A DNA stretch of 64,000 bases from Amoebidium appalachense (Eukaryota > Protista > Ichthyosporea). The stretch covers positions 10,410,328 to 10,474,327 of the forward strand of contig CAVNZM010000002.1 in assembly GCA_963693365.1 (NCBI GenBank), given 5' to 3'. The position numbers and the translations under genes were made by a program. This document shows positions 37,177 to 49,843 of this stretch, in pieces. Every line of letters begins with the position of its first letter. The stretch's first letter is position 1. The notes under the pieces are model-generated. The model was not told the origin of the DNA and did not search any database. It was given only the letters and a program-made list of their open reading frames with translations.

Positions 37177-38968
37177 ACACACACACAGACAAGCATATTC
37201 CGGCTTTTTTAGTCTTTTTATATTAGCTATCTTACATGCCCACCCAACCACACAAACACACAACAATCACAACAAGGTGGCGGAAAGCAGAAATAAAAAC
37301 GAGGTTTTGGGGAGGAGAGGAAGAGGAGGTAGTAGGTAGGACGTGAACTTCCGAAAAGGTCACACCCAATTAAGTCCCCATCCCTTTTCCATTCCCAGCC
37401 ACACTAGTTGGATAGGTGGGTGGGTACATGTCACGTGTGGCTCTGACTTCTTTCTCCCCAGGATGTTGAGATGCCCAACGTCGAAGCCGACAAGACCAAC
37501 GAATCTGCAGCCGAAGGTGAACTGAAATGTAGCACCTTCTCCTCATGTGGTTGTGGGCCTTGCAGCTACATCCCACAAATCCCTTTCTGGAAAACATTAG
37601 ACGATGTTTGAGCAGAGGACATCACCGTGGATTGTTTTATTCGCTGCAGCAATGTCTGAACCTACAGCAGTCAGACTATGTATTCTGTTTAAATTAGGTC
37701 GTGGGCCATTTCCAAAAACAACGACCAATCAACTTGGCCCCTATACGAACGGTGGCACGAACATTCCTGTAGGAGCCTGCGGCAAACTTGACCCGTCGTC
37801 TTTGTTGCACCGTTGGCTTCGTAGAAATGCTGGCCGACCCCACCTCATCTATATTCCCACGAGAGTATTGAAGTGTATCCCTGCAACTCTTTTCGATATG
37901 CATGCCCATCTTACGATCACCATTCACAACGGGGCCTATGCCCTAATACATCAGCCCACAAAGTGAGTGCGACCAACACTGACACGACACATTGTGCAGT
38001 GCCTCAGACGGCCAACAAGCAAGACAGGAACTCGAAGCCAACGGTGCGCACAGGCAAGAAGGCACCTGGGTCGGCCATGGCCGTGGACGAGGGGGAGGAC
38101 GAGCCAGACACCAAGTGTGCTTGCGAGGTCAACGAGGTGCGTTGAACAGCAACTGTGTGTTGCGGGGTTTTCCTACTAATTCTGTTAAAGAATGAGTTTC
38201 TCGAGCAAAAAACTGGGCAAAGCCAAGAAGAAATCAAAGTCATTACACGATCGGGTACCAAAAGTAGATGGACTTGCCCAAGTGCTGATTTTTGATGCTA
38301 AGCACGTGGTAGAAGCGATGAAATCAACGAAGTCAATTCACACTCCATATGCAACACAAAACTAAACATAGTATAGGGAAGCACCTAAGTTGTAAAAAAG
38401 CCTGACCAGAGCAAGTTTGGTGGGGCCTATGGTAACCACTCTTGGTTCTGCCGACAGGACGATGGGGAGATGGTGCTGTGTGAGGAGTGCAAGACGTGGC
38501 AGCATGCCGTGTGCCATGCCTACCTGGACGTGGACGACATGCCAAAGGGTGCGTGCACGTGTGAAAGATAGATGGATTGGTGGGCTGGCATGTATCTCTC
38601 TTTCAGCTAGATGCCAAAGAAATATGCGTCTCACTTGTCGGTTTCCAGTTGAGGGTATAGGGATCTGGGCTGCTTACTGATATGGGTCACCCAATCAAAC
38701 ATTGGATCCATTACCCGCCCAGTCCAGCATTAGAAATGTGTTGCCTTCTACTGTTTGCAGCACACTTTTTTTCCCATAGCATTTCGGAAAGAAACATAAC
38801 CAGGAGTCTTGTGTCGTTTACCAGTACAACAGCAGCATCAGCACACTTGCACCATTGCTCGCAACACAATTACTGTGGGCTCACACACCCTTTTCTGCAG
38901 TGCATTTCTGTGTGGACTGCGCAAAGACATTGAAGGCTGCAGGGGATGAGCGAATGGCGTAGGTGTCC

Positions 38969-39000
<32 letters not shown>

Positions 39001-39759
39001 ACCCCCCACCCCCCCCTTCCCCTCCTCTCCCCCCCGTCCCCCTCTCCCCGCCCCCCCGGCCCCCCCGTGCCCATACACATGTACACACACACATGCACCT
39101 GCAGGGGACAAAGACCTAGTAAAACACGCACGAACGTGTCTGCACTATACGTAGTAATAACCCACCATTGAGTGCACCCACCAATATCACGTTTGCTCGA
39201 TCTTTCCTTTGAACTGGCCCACACATTCCTGCGTATGTGCTGCAGAACATGGGACCTTGTCAATCGTTTGAAACCCCCTCCTCCCTCCTCACTCCCCCCT
39301 TCTCTCCCAAACACAAATACCGTTCGTTGGCAAACCCTCCCAAATTCTGTTCCCAAAACCACGCCGGAACCCGCACTCCCCCCCCCCCCCCCCCCCCCCC
39401 CCTCCCCCCAACACACATACATCTACACACCCGCAATCACATGTGTCTCGTTGTGTCTATGGCAACTGTATTATAGATCCATTCTTTGCCCTGTCTGATA
39501 CCCCGATCGAAATAAAATCCATTATTTTAATTTAAAAAACACATGTGTCCACTGACACGTGTCTCCCTGCAGGGACTACCGTGACTCTGGGCTGCTGTGT
39601 GCGCCCCGAGACAATGTCAAGTATGTGGCCATCTGGCGCCGCACCCTGTTTGCAGTCAAGGACTATGACCAGGCCACCATCACACCCACGGAGCTGGGTG
39701 AACTACTGGGTACGAACCCAAATGCTTGCTTTTTTTTTCTTTTCTTTTTTTTTTTTTTT

Positions 39760-39790
<31 letters not shown>

Positions 39791-40869
39791 GGGAGGGGGA
39801 GGGGGGGAGGGGGGGTAGGACCCCTTTGTACATGTATTTCGTGGCTGCGGGTCCAAAGTGTGCATGCATGAGTTTGCACTTGGGTGTGTTCAGGCAGACC
39901 TGTAATTGTTAGCTGCCTCAACGAGATCCCATTGCCTCCCATTCATTCTGTGCTTTAGAAGCCCCGTGCTCTTGTGTCTCCACAGAAGCACACTTCGTTC
40001 GCTCTGTCCGTGAAATTTGATATGATTTTTCCCCTACCTTTGCCCTCTTTCCCCGCTGCCCCCTCCCATACATCGTGCACAAACAAACAAGCATCAGCCC
40101 CTTGCATGCATTGGCCAAATACACTGAGTACAGTGTCTCTTAAGCCAAGCACCCACACCCATGGCCACAGGTCTGGAGGAGGAAAGGGGCATAGTGCGCA
40201 ACCTGCTGCAGCGGCTTGAGAAGGAGACATATGTCAAGAGGACAGGAAAGAAGGCAGCCGGCACATTCACCATCCAAAGGGCCCGCTTCAACTCCAGCGA
40301 CTATCTGAAGGCCTTCAACATGAGGCCAGGTCCGTGCCCGTCTGCTTCTCTCTCTGCCCGTACCCACCAATGCCCTAATGTCTATAATGGAAGTGCATTG
40401 GCGCTTCTCCTTATATTCTGCCCCTCCCCCCCCCCCCCCCCCCCCTCCCCTCCTTTTTTTGGGTGCGCGCCCCCCCCATCGAGAATTTCCTAGCGTACAT
40501 ACACACTCCGTTAGGGGGTATTGTTGTGAAGATAGCGAGAGAAGGGTAGCTAGGAACTGTGTCGTATGGGTTGGAGGTATGAAGGAAGCTCCAGGCAGGG
40601 AAGGGGCAGGTGGATTCGGTGTCGGGTGGAAGAGGACGGGCAGGGGTGGGGTGGGTGTGTGTATGTGTGTGTGTGGGGGGGGGGGGATGGGAGGGGGGAG
40701 GAAGGGGGGGGGGGGGGGATGGCGGAGGGGGGGATGGTTCTCTACTATTGGGTTACATGGCTACATGTCATTGACCAGAAAAAAAAGTAGGGGTGGGAGG
40801 GGTTTAGGATTCAGTTTGAATCCCATGGATGTGAGGAAAGGGTTGTGAGTTTGAAAAAAAAGCTCTCTC

Positions 40870-40906
<37 letters not shown>

Positions 40907-41594
40907 CCCCCGCCCCGCCCGCCCCTTGAGGCTCCCCGGGGGATAAAATCCAGAATTCACTAGGCATGTGTCTCACATAACACGACCCCTTTGACCCCTA
41001 CCCCAAGATGTAACCCACATATTCACCCAAACTCACCTCTGCAACCACAAGACACAAAATCAGCTAGAGGATGTGTGTCGTATGTCAAATTTCTGCGGTG
41101 CTTTTTGCGTCCTCCCCCCCCCCCCCCCCCCCCCCCCCCTTTCCCCATCCTCCCCTCCCATGTCCCTCCTCTCTCCTCATGCCTGCACTTGCTCGCTTAT
41201 TCATGCACTATAAAATACAAGCGCGCTTTTGGTGTGTGTAGTTGAGTGTGCACTTACACCCATGGTTCCATCAGCGGGGGCAGATGCCGAGCTGGCCGAC
41301 AAGACCTCGAACCTCAACATTGCAGACAACCCCCCGGCCAAGGTGTGTCCTCATTCACTGCCGGTGCCTGGCGAAAGAGGGGGGGGTGGGGGGAGAGGAG
41401 GTGGCGGGGGGGGGGGGGAAGGGAGGGGGAGGGGGGAATGCATGTTTCTTCAATGCAAAAGAGACCACCGTGCAGACGAGAACACATCCGTCGGTTGCAT
41501 TCAAAAGTTGGACATTGCGTGCGGGTCCACAATACCTAAGTTTGATTGATGTGTGTTTTGTGGTGATGGTTCGGTGGAAGGGAGAAACGGGGGA

Positions 41595-41632
<38 letters not shown>

Positions 41633-41819
41633 GTGCATAGAGTGTGTAGTAAAAAGGGGAACTACCATGAACAACTGCCCGAATGACAAGGACGGGAGCA
41701 TGCCATGCAAAACCAAGAAGGACAGCGAGGTGTTTGTGTGTGTAAAGGTGTGGTGTGTTTTGTTTTTGTAAAGGGAGGGGGGGAAAGTGTTTTTTTTTTT
41801 TGTGTGTGTGTGTGTGTAT

Positions 41820-41866
<47 letters not shown>

Positions 41867-42428
41867 GGGGGGGGGGGGCTGTGCTACGTGAGAGGTGAAG
41901 ATGTTAGCAGCAGGACACTGATACCATTCATGCACAGCGTAAAGGCACAAAGCGTGCAGCCTGCACCGATGAATCCGCAGAGGTTAGGAATCCCCCCCAT
42001 CCCCCCCCCCCCCCCCTCCCCCCCTCAACCTTCCCCCCTCCCCTCCCTTTACACACACACATGTACCCGCCATTCACTAGTGCTGCACGACCAGTGCAAC
42101 CCCCCTCCCCCCGCCACATTCTAACTCTTACCCTCACAATCTCTGCTCTTACCCCTACTGACGCCCACACACACAGTCACACACAAAAAGACATACCCTC
42201 CATGTCCACCATCGACACCCCTACCTCCACGTATAGCAAAGACCCAATTTTCAGACTTGCTTGCGGTGGTGCTTGCATTGGGCCTATGTTTGGCACACAC
42301 ACCTGTTGCCGAGTCATGCTGACTGTCTGTGTGTTTGGGCACAGTCCGAGAACAGCCAAGGGGCAGCCAAGCACTCACGGGCCAAGCGGCAGCGGGTCAG
42401 CGTCCCCAACAAGAAGATCCGCCTGTGA
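30268..42428 (+). CDS. HOP1: Meiotic HORMA-domain axis protein HOP1/HORMAD (HORMA + PHD + winged helix + closure motif), 21 exons: 30268-30297, 30503-30562, 30832-30854, 31520-31563, 32065-32125, 32668-32679, 32931-32958, 33633-33653, 34182-34328, 34722-34791, 35097-35256, 35866-35888, 37004-37077, 37462-37516, 38000-38136, 38458-38548, 38901-38958, 39573-39709, 40171-40329, 41275-41342, 42345-42428; 513 aa
   Basis: HORMA: QSQILLKNLIRTTLSTMSYLRDLFSEDAYDDR...LLIDWLEQGCFDALNKKYLKAMVLGI...VESYTFKFSY...MLRTLVTITQTLKPLP..RFLVMRLYFYTDRTPEDYQPRFF...IGCIETPSHSMKLRL. PHD: CAC-EVNEDDGEMVL-CEEC-KTWQHAVC...HFCVDC. wHTH-like: ITPTELGELLGL...VRNLLQRLEKETYV. C-terminus KRQRVSVPNKKIRL*. The exon phases chain consistently over 1542 nt. 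Confidence 0.93.
39446..39539 (+). mobile_element. Dispersed repeat, retroposon-like 3' end (copy 2) in HOP1 intron 17
   Basis: Homologous to 17761-17850; carries AATAAA and an A-rich tail. Confidence 0.6.
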
Positions 42429-42778
42429 CCCCATCCATGCAGTACCGTGTGCACATTCACCCCGCAACATGCAGCATGCAGCACCAAGTTGATCGTGGGA
42501 AGACAACACGACAAGAGCCTCGCTATTGCTGTTAAATTCCAATGTCTTGACTGCCTGTGTTATGTTTGTTTCACTATTCACGAAAGTTGTTAGCATAGGG
42601 TTCGTGATGATAGGTGGTGTGAATAAGTCAGCGCTTGTATCGCAACACCGGCCTACTCTGTTAGTCCAGGTAGAGTCTTATTGAAAGCTAGAAATACCAG
42701 AACGCAATGATGTCGGTAAAAGCATTGAACAGCCAAGCAATAAATCTAAATGAAACTTTACTCCCACCTGCCTCAGCA

Positions 42779-42812
<34 letters not shown>

Positions 42813-44237
42813 TTCCCACCCTCACTCCCTCCCAGATATGCAGCATTGGCAATGTCCACTCTTATACCCCCCACTCAGACATGAGGTCCGACTTCAAAAA
42901 TTGTATGGCAATGACACACACACACACACACACTCACTCACACACGCGTGTACACAAGCGAGGGACACCCCTCCCACCCACTCCCCCCATTATTTTCTCC
43001 CCGCGGCTCATACCCCACCATTCATCCTCCTCTCTCAAGCTCTGGTTTGCCACAAACACAGCACTGAGCCTTTCCCCACTACTCTGTATGTGCCTGCACG
43101 AATATATAATCCACTTCGAATTCGGCCAAAACACTTTTTTGTTGCGTTGAGACATACCATGCAAATATGTGCTTGGCACAACACAAACCAGGTATACTAA
43201 CTGCTGACAGCACTACGTCTCAGATTCGTGAGCCAGAGGACTTTGTGCGACGGTGTACAGGAGTTGCATTTTGGCCTACGTAGCTACTACAGTGTGGTTG
43301 TGACGGACCGTCACCGTCAGTTTGAGGTTGTGTGTGTGTGCACGTGCGCACATACATGCTTGTGTTTTAGGCCGGAAGGGGGGGGGGGGGGGGGATCTGG
43401 AAGGGGCGACGGGAAGCTTGCACACATATATCTGAGAGAGATCAATGGCAAACCAAGGCCTCCGATCGCGATATACGGAGGCCTTGGATCAAACGCACGT
43501 GTAAACACATCACGACAATGTACAACTTATGATGATAGACTCGACGGCAAGCAGCATACATCAGGCAACTAGCAAGGGCATGCATCACAGCGCCATGGTC
43601 TGGGTCCGCATGCAACACAACTTTATGCGTCTGGGTACCTGGTGGACAGTTGCACTATATCTGCAGGCAGAAAAAAATTGAATGCGGGTGCCTGTGCACT
43701 CAATGTTGCCTGCATGCGTCAACACTTCCAAAAGCACGTGTTACGTTTACTGGCCCAGGATCGCCCACTGGGCCATTTATCGGTAGACCTGGGGTGCCAG
43801 CCCCCATTACTTCATGTCATTATGACGTCATATCTGCATTGCCCTGCACACAAGCATATGCGCAGTATAGGTAGGTGCTATATAGGTCTTAGGCCGGAAC
43901 TATTAGAGAATTCTGCTACTGCAAGAGGCAGAATGCAACGGAGCTATACAGACGACAACTAGGAGGCATCGACTCTTATGTACCAAACAGAAACTCATTC
44001 CGGAAAAAAAAATGGAGAGGAAAAAAGAGAAAGCATTCGTTCCACATACACCCAACAGCAAGACACGTGTTGGTGACTAAATTCGTGCTGTGTTCCCACA
44101 TTTCCATGTGTGCCTGCAAACCCTTCAAACAGTTGCCCGCAACGCTTGCATTGACATCCGCGCGGCGCGGATGGGTGTGTGTGGATGCGTGTGTGAACTT
44201 GTGAACTTGTGTGTGTGTGTGTGTGTGTGTGTACGTG

Positions 44238-45325
44238 CTACTCGTCGTCCGAGTCCAGCACCACGACCTCTGCCGGGGCCTTTCCTGGGCCCGGTGTTTC
44301 CACCTCCTTCTTTGCTGCAACGGGTGTGGCTGCAGCAGCATCATGTGCTGCGGGGACACACAGGTCAGCACACGTGCACACATGACTGTTCCATATATAG
44401 CCAACAAAATTAAAGCGGGGTGCACACATGACTGTCCCATATATAGCCAACAATATTAAAGCGGGGTGCACACATGACTGTCCCATATATAGCCAACAAT
44501 ATTAAAGCGGGGTGCACACATGACTGTTCCATATATAGCCAACAATATTAAAGCGGGGTGCACACATGACTGTTCCATATATAGCCAACAATATTAAAGC
44601 GGGGTGCACACATGACTGTCCCATATATAGCCAACAATATTAAAGCGGGGTGCACACATGACCGTTCCATATATAGCCAACAATATAAAAGCGGGGTGCA
44701 CACATGACTGCACACATGACTGTTCCATATATAGGCAACAATATTAAAGCGGGGTTCTTTGGGCCGAATTATTGGCCCCTTCGGGCCACGGGCAAATGCT
44801 GTTTAATGCGCATCTAGCTGATCATAAAGCGAGATTCATTTTCGGGCCTAACCCGACCCGGATCATTAAAAGGAATTCCCTTTGATAAACCTTGCACCGA
44901 GACACTACCAGCACACCACACCAGGAAAGACCCCCCCCCCCCCCCCCCCCCTGCACACACAAAATGCCATGCAAGCACCCCCATGCAGGGCACATACCGT
45001 CATTGTCCGTCTTCATGCGTTTGTTCTTGTTTGGGTGCTCGTCCACAGCAGTCCATGACCCGTCCTTGTGGATCTCAACCTGCACCCAGCCACGTCACAC
45101 ACCACCCCATACCCTGCAGGCCTTCAAGGGCCAAAAAACAAAAAAACAAAAAAACACAACAAGAAAACGAACATCCTCCGCAATCAAGCCACACCCCATG
45201 CAGTCCTATCCTTTGTGCCTCTAAGCACGACATGTACACAATGCACTGGTGCCACCCACAAACACAACAAACACCGACACCCACGAATTATAAAACACAT
45301 TGAGCAACGACACGGGCTTATGAAT

Positions 45326-45359
<34 letters not shown>

Positions 45360-46118
45360 AACGAGTGGGAAAAAAATGAAACATACGGCATACGAACACC
45401 TAAACCTCGTGACACATCAACATGTCTACAACCATGCCCGCACACACACACACACACACACATACAAGTGCACACACACACCCATACACACGGCGTCGCA
45501 GACACGCACACCCACTCTTCCCCAGCGAAATACACAACCCACAATACAGGCACACGGGCCACAACAAGGGGCAGCCACCCACACGTACGTCATCAGTTAC
45601 CCATGCTGCCCACACAACCATGCAGCTGTGCAACCACACAAGTACATATGCGCATGCAAGCCCCCCCCCCCCCCCCCCCCCCCTCCCCTCCCCATCCTCC
45701 CCCCTTCCCCCCCCCCCCCCCCCCTCCCCGCCCCCACCCTTCCTCATCTACATGTCTGCCTGCCTCCACCCACACACACCCTGCCCCACAACACACCCAG
45801 TAACCCTAATTCACATTCCCACACACCAATCCTACTCCACACACCGACACATGCACCGACAGACACACAAATGCACAAGCACGCACACACACACATCCAC
45901 ACCCACCCACCCATGTGCACCCCCCCCCCCCCCCCCCCTCTTCCTACACACCCATCCCTTCCCCCCCCACACCTACCCCCCTTACCTGCATGCATGGCCC
46001 ATCCTCATCGTCTGTATCGTCATCATCGTCATGCACTGGAATCTTCGGTGGCTTCTCCGTCTCCTGCACACATAACACATGAGTATTCAAACACAGGAAA
46101 CAAGTGTGCACTGTGCAG

Positions 46119-46190
<72 letters not shown>

Positions 46191-49100
46191 ACGAACACAG
46201 GAGTGCACGTGCATGCACGTGGCGAGAGCAGTGCAAAACCCTCCCACAGATGCATCATGCCTGTGCTGGACTTCATGGGCTGATATGTACATCCGACGTT
46301 GTGCCATATTAGGTGCCAGAAGACATGCAGCGAATAGATCTGACAGTACTTGTGTGTGTGCATGTGGCATTGTACGTGTACTTGTGGTGCAGGCAGGGGG
46401 AGGCGAGCAGGCGTAAAGATGTATACATCCGTGTGTTTGTGTGTGTGTGTGTGTGTGCCTGTGTGCATTCCAGTGCCATGTGTACGTGTGTGGTGCAGGC
46501 AGGGGGAGGCGCGCAGACATGGAGCAGAAGTGTGTGTGCTCTGTTTGTGTGCATTCCGATCGTACGTGTACAGGAGGTGCAAACAGGGGCAGGCGCGCAC
46601 ACGTGTGTGTGTGTAGGTGTGTGTGTGCGCGCGGATCCTGTATGACCATAGTTGTGCACGTACACGTGTCGCGTCTGCATACAGTCAGCACGTGCAGTGC
46701 ACACACGTCACTGCCCATCTCCAGCGCACACGTGTCTACCCACAACCCCACCAGCCACTGCCCTGGCCCTCACCTCCACACTCCACCACCCTCCCTCAAA
46801 TGCCACCGACAAAACCCCCCGCCACGGCACCACACAAACAGGCCCCCCCCCCCCCCCCCCCCCCCCCCCAACTCACGCGCAGCCACCCACCCACCCCCAC
46901 CACGCACCTTAATGATCTTCTGCAGGGCCTCATCGACGACCAGATCATCCAGTGACCTTAAGGGGCTCTTGCATATTGGGCACTTGTTCATCTGCCCTGG
47001 AGCCCTCCTCTGCCTCAGCACCTGGGCAAAGCTGTCTCTGTCAAAGCACTGCGCATGCGCACAGTTGCGCCCCTTGACCGGCACACGCATGCGGGTCAGG
47101 CTGATGGGGCAGCGCAGAGACACAATCTGCACGGGTCAAAGGTGAGCTAAGCACGTGCTTTGCACACCGCAAATAATATTTCGTTTAGGTATGTCTTGAA
47201 CTCCCCTTCTGGTACTTATTAGTGTGTCTTTCATGCACCTCCGAGAAAGAAGTGAATTAAAACCTTTTTTTTTATGATACCTTCTTTAATAGTTTTAGGT
47301 CATTTTGAACTCATTTTAAGATATCGTCTAGTCAGAGTCCAAGCCATGAGCAGACACAACATGTGGGTATGTGTGTGGGAGAGGACCGATGAAAAATACG
47401 AGGCACGTGCGAGAACAGTAGGTGTACACAGCATTCCTGACACTTGTACACCAACATCTACCCCTCTGCACACTACACACGGACAGGCAATACACGCGTG
47501 CACACACACACACACACACATGCAGACACACACGTACAACCCACGTACACAGGCAGCCACATGCACACACACAAGCAACTACCTGTGCGCACCGACATGT
47601 ACATATATACAGACAACACACATGAGCATGCACACACCCACAAGAATTCAGACAGGGCACGGGATTTAACTACACGTGCACACTTGTGACCCATACCACC
47701 ACCACCCATGCCACCATCTAGTCCAGCACACCCCAACAACGTGCAGGCAGAGACATGGGGTGCCTGCTGGCCAGACAGGCATGCACACAGTGCAGATGCA
47801 CAGCCAGGGATGCAGCCACACACACACACCAGGTACAGGTCCATGCATGCCGGCAACTACTGAAAACCACATGCAGCATGCTCGCAGGGTAACACACACG
47901 CACGAATACGCGCATGCCCGCACATGTACACACACACACGTGCGCACACGCACACACACACATACACACACACATACCCACCCACCCACACCCACACATG
48001 TACGCACACCAACCTGCATACATACTCATGCGGCCTGCACGAACGCACACACGGGCACACGCACACGCACAAACACATGCCCCATGTGTACACACACGTG
48101 CGGACACCCATGGCGCACACAAACAAACCAATCACACACAACTGTGGGGCACGCGCACGTGCGCACACACGCATGAGCACGCACACACGAACATACCCAC
48201 ACGTAATATGCAGAGACCAGCACAAGCACGCAAGCACGCACACACACATGCACGGACAGGTGCAAACAAACACAGCAACACACACCCAGGGGAACGGAAA
48301 AGGGAGAGGTAAGTATGCGTACACACCCAGCCCAGGCACAGACACAAAACCCATCCAACCACACACGTACCGTGCGCTCGAATCCAAGCACCTCGGGGTC
48401 ATCATCCTCCACGGCATCCAAATACGTGCGCTTTTCCACAGGCACGGGGGGAGGCTCCTCCTTCTTCCCGTTCTGCGTGTACAGATTGAGCGAGATGATG
48501 TTCGTGTTGTAGTTTATGACGTTGCCCCCCTGCACGTAGTGGTTCTGTGCCCACGTGTTCTGCGAGACGAGCCGCCACAGCACTTCCACCGTGATGGGCA
48601 ACTGCGCCACTGTCCACTCCGCCTCGCTCATTTCCTTCTCGCTGACACTCGACACGGGGATAACCGTCAGCCTGCCGTCCAGCATAAGACTAATCTGCGG
48701 TGGCCGTGCATCTGGCTTCAAGCAGTCTATCTGCGCTATCTTGTAGTTTGCGCCCTGTGGCCCCCCCACGTTCACCCGCACCAGAAAGTGCCGGCAGCTC
48801 CTCTCGTCGTGCTGGGCCACCAGGGCCTCCAGTGCTGTGCGTCGCACCTGCAGGCTGCGTGCCATGTTGAAGTTTATTCTCGTGTTGAGCAGCAGGTTAC
48901 GTGCTGCACTATCCCTCTGCAGCGCCTGCGCCACCTGCTGCTGCCTGCCTTTCCGCCGTGTCCCTGCCTGCTGCCCCCCGCCTACCCCCGCACTGTTTGA
49001 CAGCACCACAGCCGCCTGGTTGAGTATGGCTGCCGTGGAGGCTGAGGTTCGGCGTGGGCCCGCAGGTTGAGCCTGCTGGTGTGCCGTGTGTGGCCTTTGC

Positions 49101-49843
49101 TGCTGGGCCTGTGGCTGTGCCTGTTGCTGCTGCTGGTAGCGGGCAAGCAGCGCCTGCACCTGGGCCACGTTAGTGGGCAGGGCTGCTTCGCTGTTGCCCA
49201 GCCCCCGCACAGTGTTGGGTTGGGTCTGCGCCAACAGCCCTGCCAGGTCCAACCCTGCCCCCTGCTGCGTGCTGTGTGCTGTGGCCTGCAGCGGCTGCGC
49301 CAAACCGCCCTGGCTGAAGCTGTTGACTCGCACAGCACTCAGGCCCTGCGACGGCAGGCTTGCCCGCTGTTGTTGCTGCAACTGATGTTGGTGTAGTTGG
49401 TGTTGGTGCTGGTGCTGGTGTTGTTGTTGTTGGGGCATGAACATGGGCATCTGCAAGCCCAGGCCCTGTGTGCCGAGGCCCTGCTGGGGCAGCACATGCT
49501 GGCCCAGCTGGCCGTAGTTGGCCACCGCCTGCGGCTGCACGTTGGGCAGGCCCAGACCGGCCAACCCATACCCATAGAGAGGCCCCTGGCCCTGCGCGTT
49601 TAGAGTGCTGCCCGAGACCGGCTGCAGCTGTGGCAAAGGCAGCGAGTTGTTGAGGAAGTTGAAGTCGCTTGCGTAAGTGAGCTGGCTGCTGGACCCGGAC
49701 ATAAGGCCCAGCCCCGTGCTGTCAAACGGCCCATTTGGCTGCCCCAGGCGCCCCTGCAGCCCGGGCTGACTGGAGCTGTTGAAGACCGTGGTGTTGTCCA
49801 GGCCCAGGTTCAGCCCGCTAAGGTCGTCCAAATTGAAATTCAT
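44238..49843 (-). CDS. SP-RING (Siz/PIAS/MIZ-type) SUMO E3 ligase-like protein with a Q-rich N-terminus, a Plus3-like domain and a C-terminal SIM, 5 exons: 49843-48371, 47126-46908, 46063-45986, 45079-44998, 44347-44238; 653 aa
   Basis: SP-RING: DDDPEV...[29 protein letters not shown]...[30 protein letters not shown]-like VEIHKDGSW. Terminal [13 protein letters not shown]. Plus3-like: [11 protein letters not shown]...[10 protein letters not shown]...NYKIAQI...[31 protein letters not shown] introns, frame intact. Confidence 0.88.
44374..44755. repeat. 46-bp minisatellite, about 8 near-identical copies (GTGCACACATGACTGTCCCATATATAGCCAACAATATTAAAGCGGG), in the last intron of the SP-RING gene
   Basis: Period of 46 (44421 to 44467 and onward). 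Confidence 0.95.

Noticed and set aside
36262-41729. Additional candidate HOP1 exons at about 36262-36330 and 41650-41729
   Set aside because: The first hits a stop in the required phase. The second lacks a convincing acceptor, and the model is complete without it.
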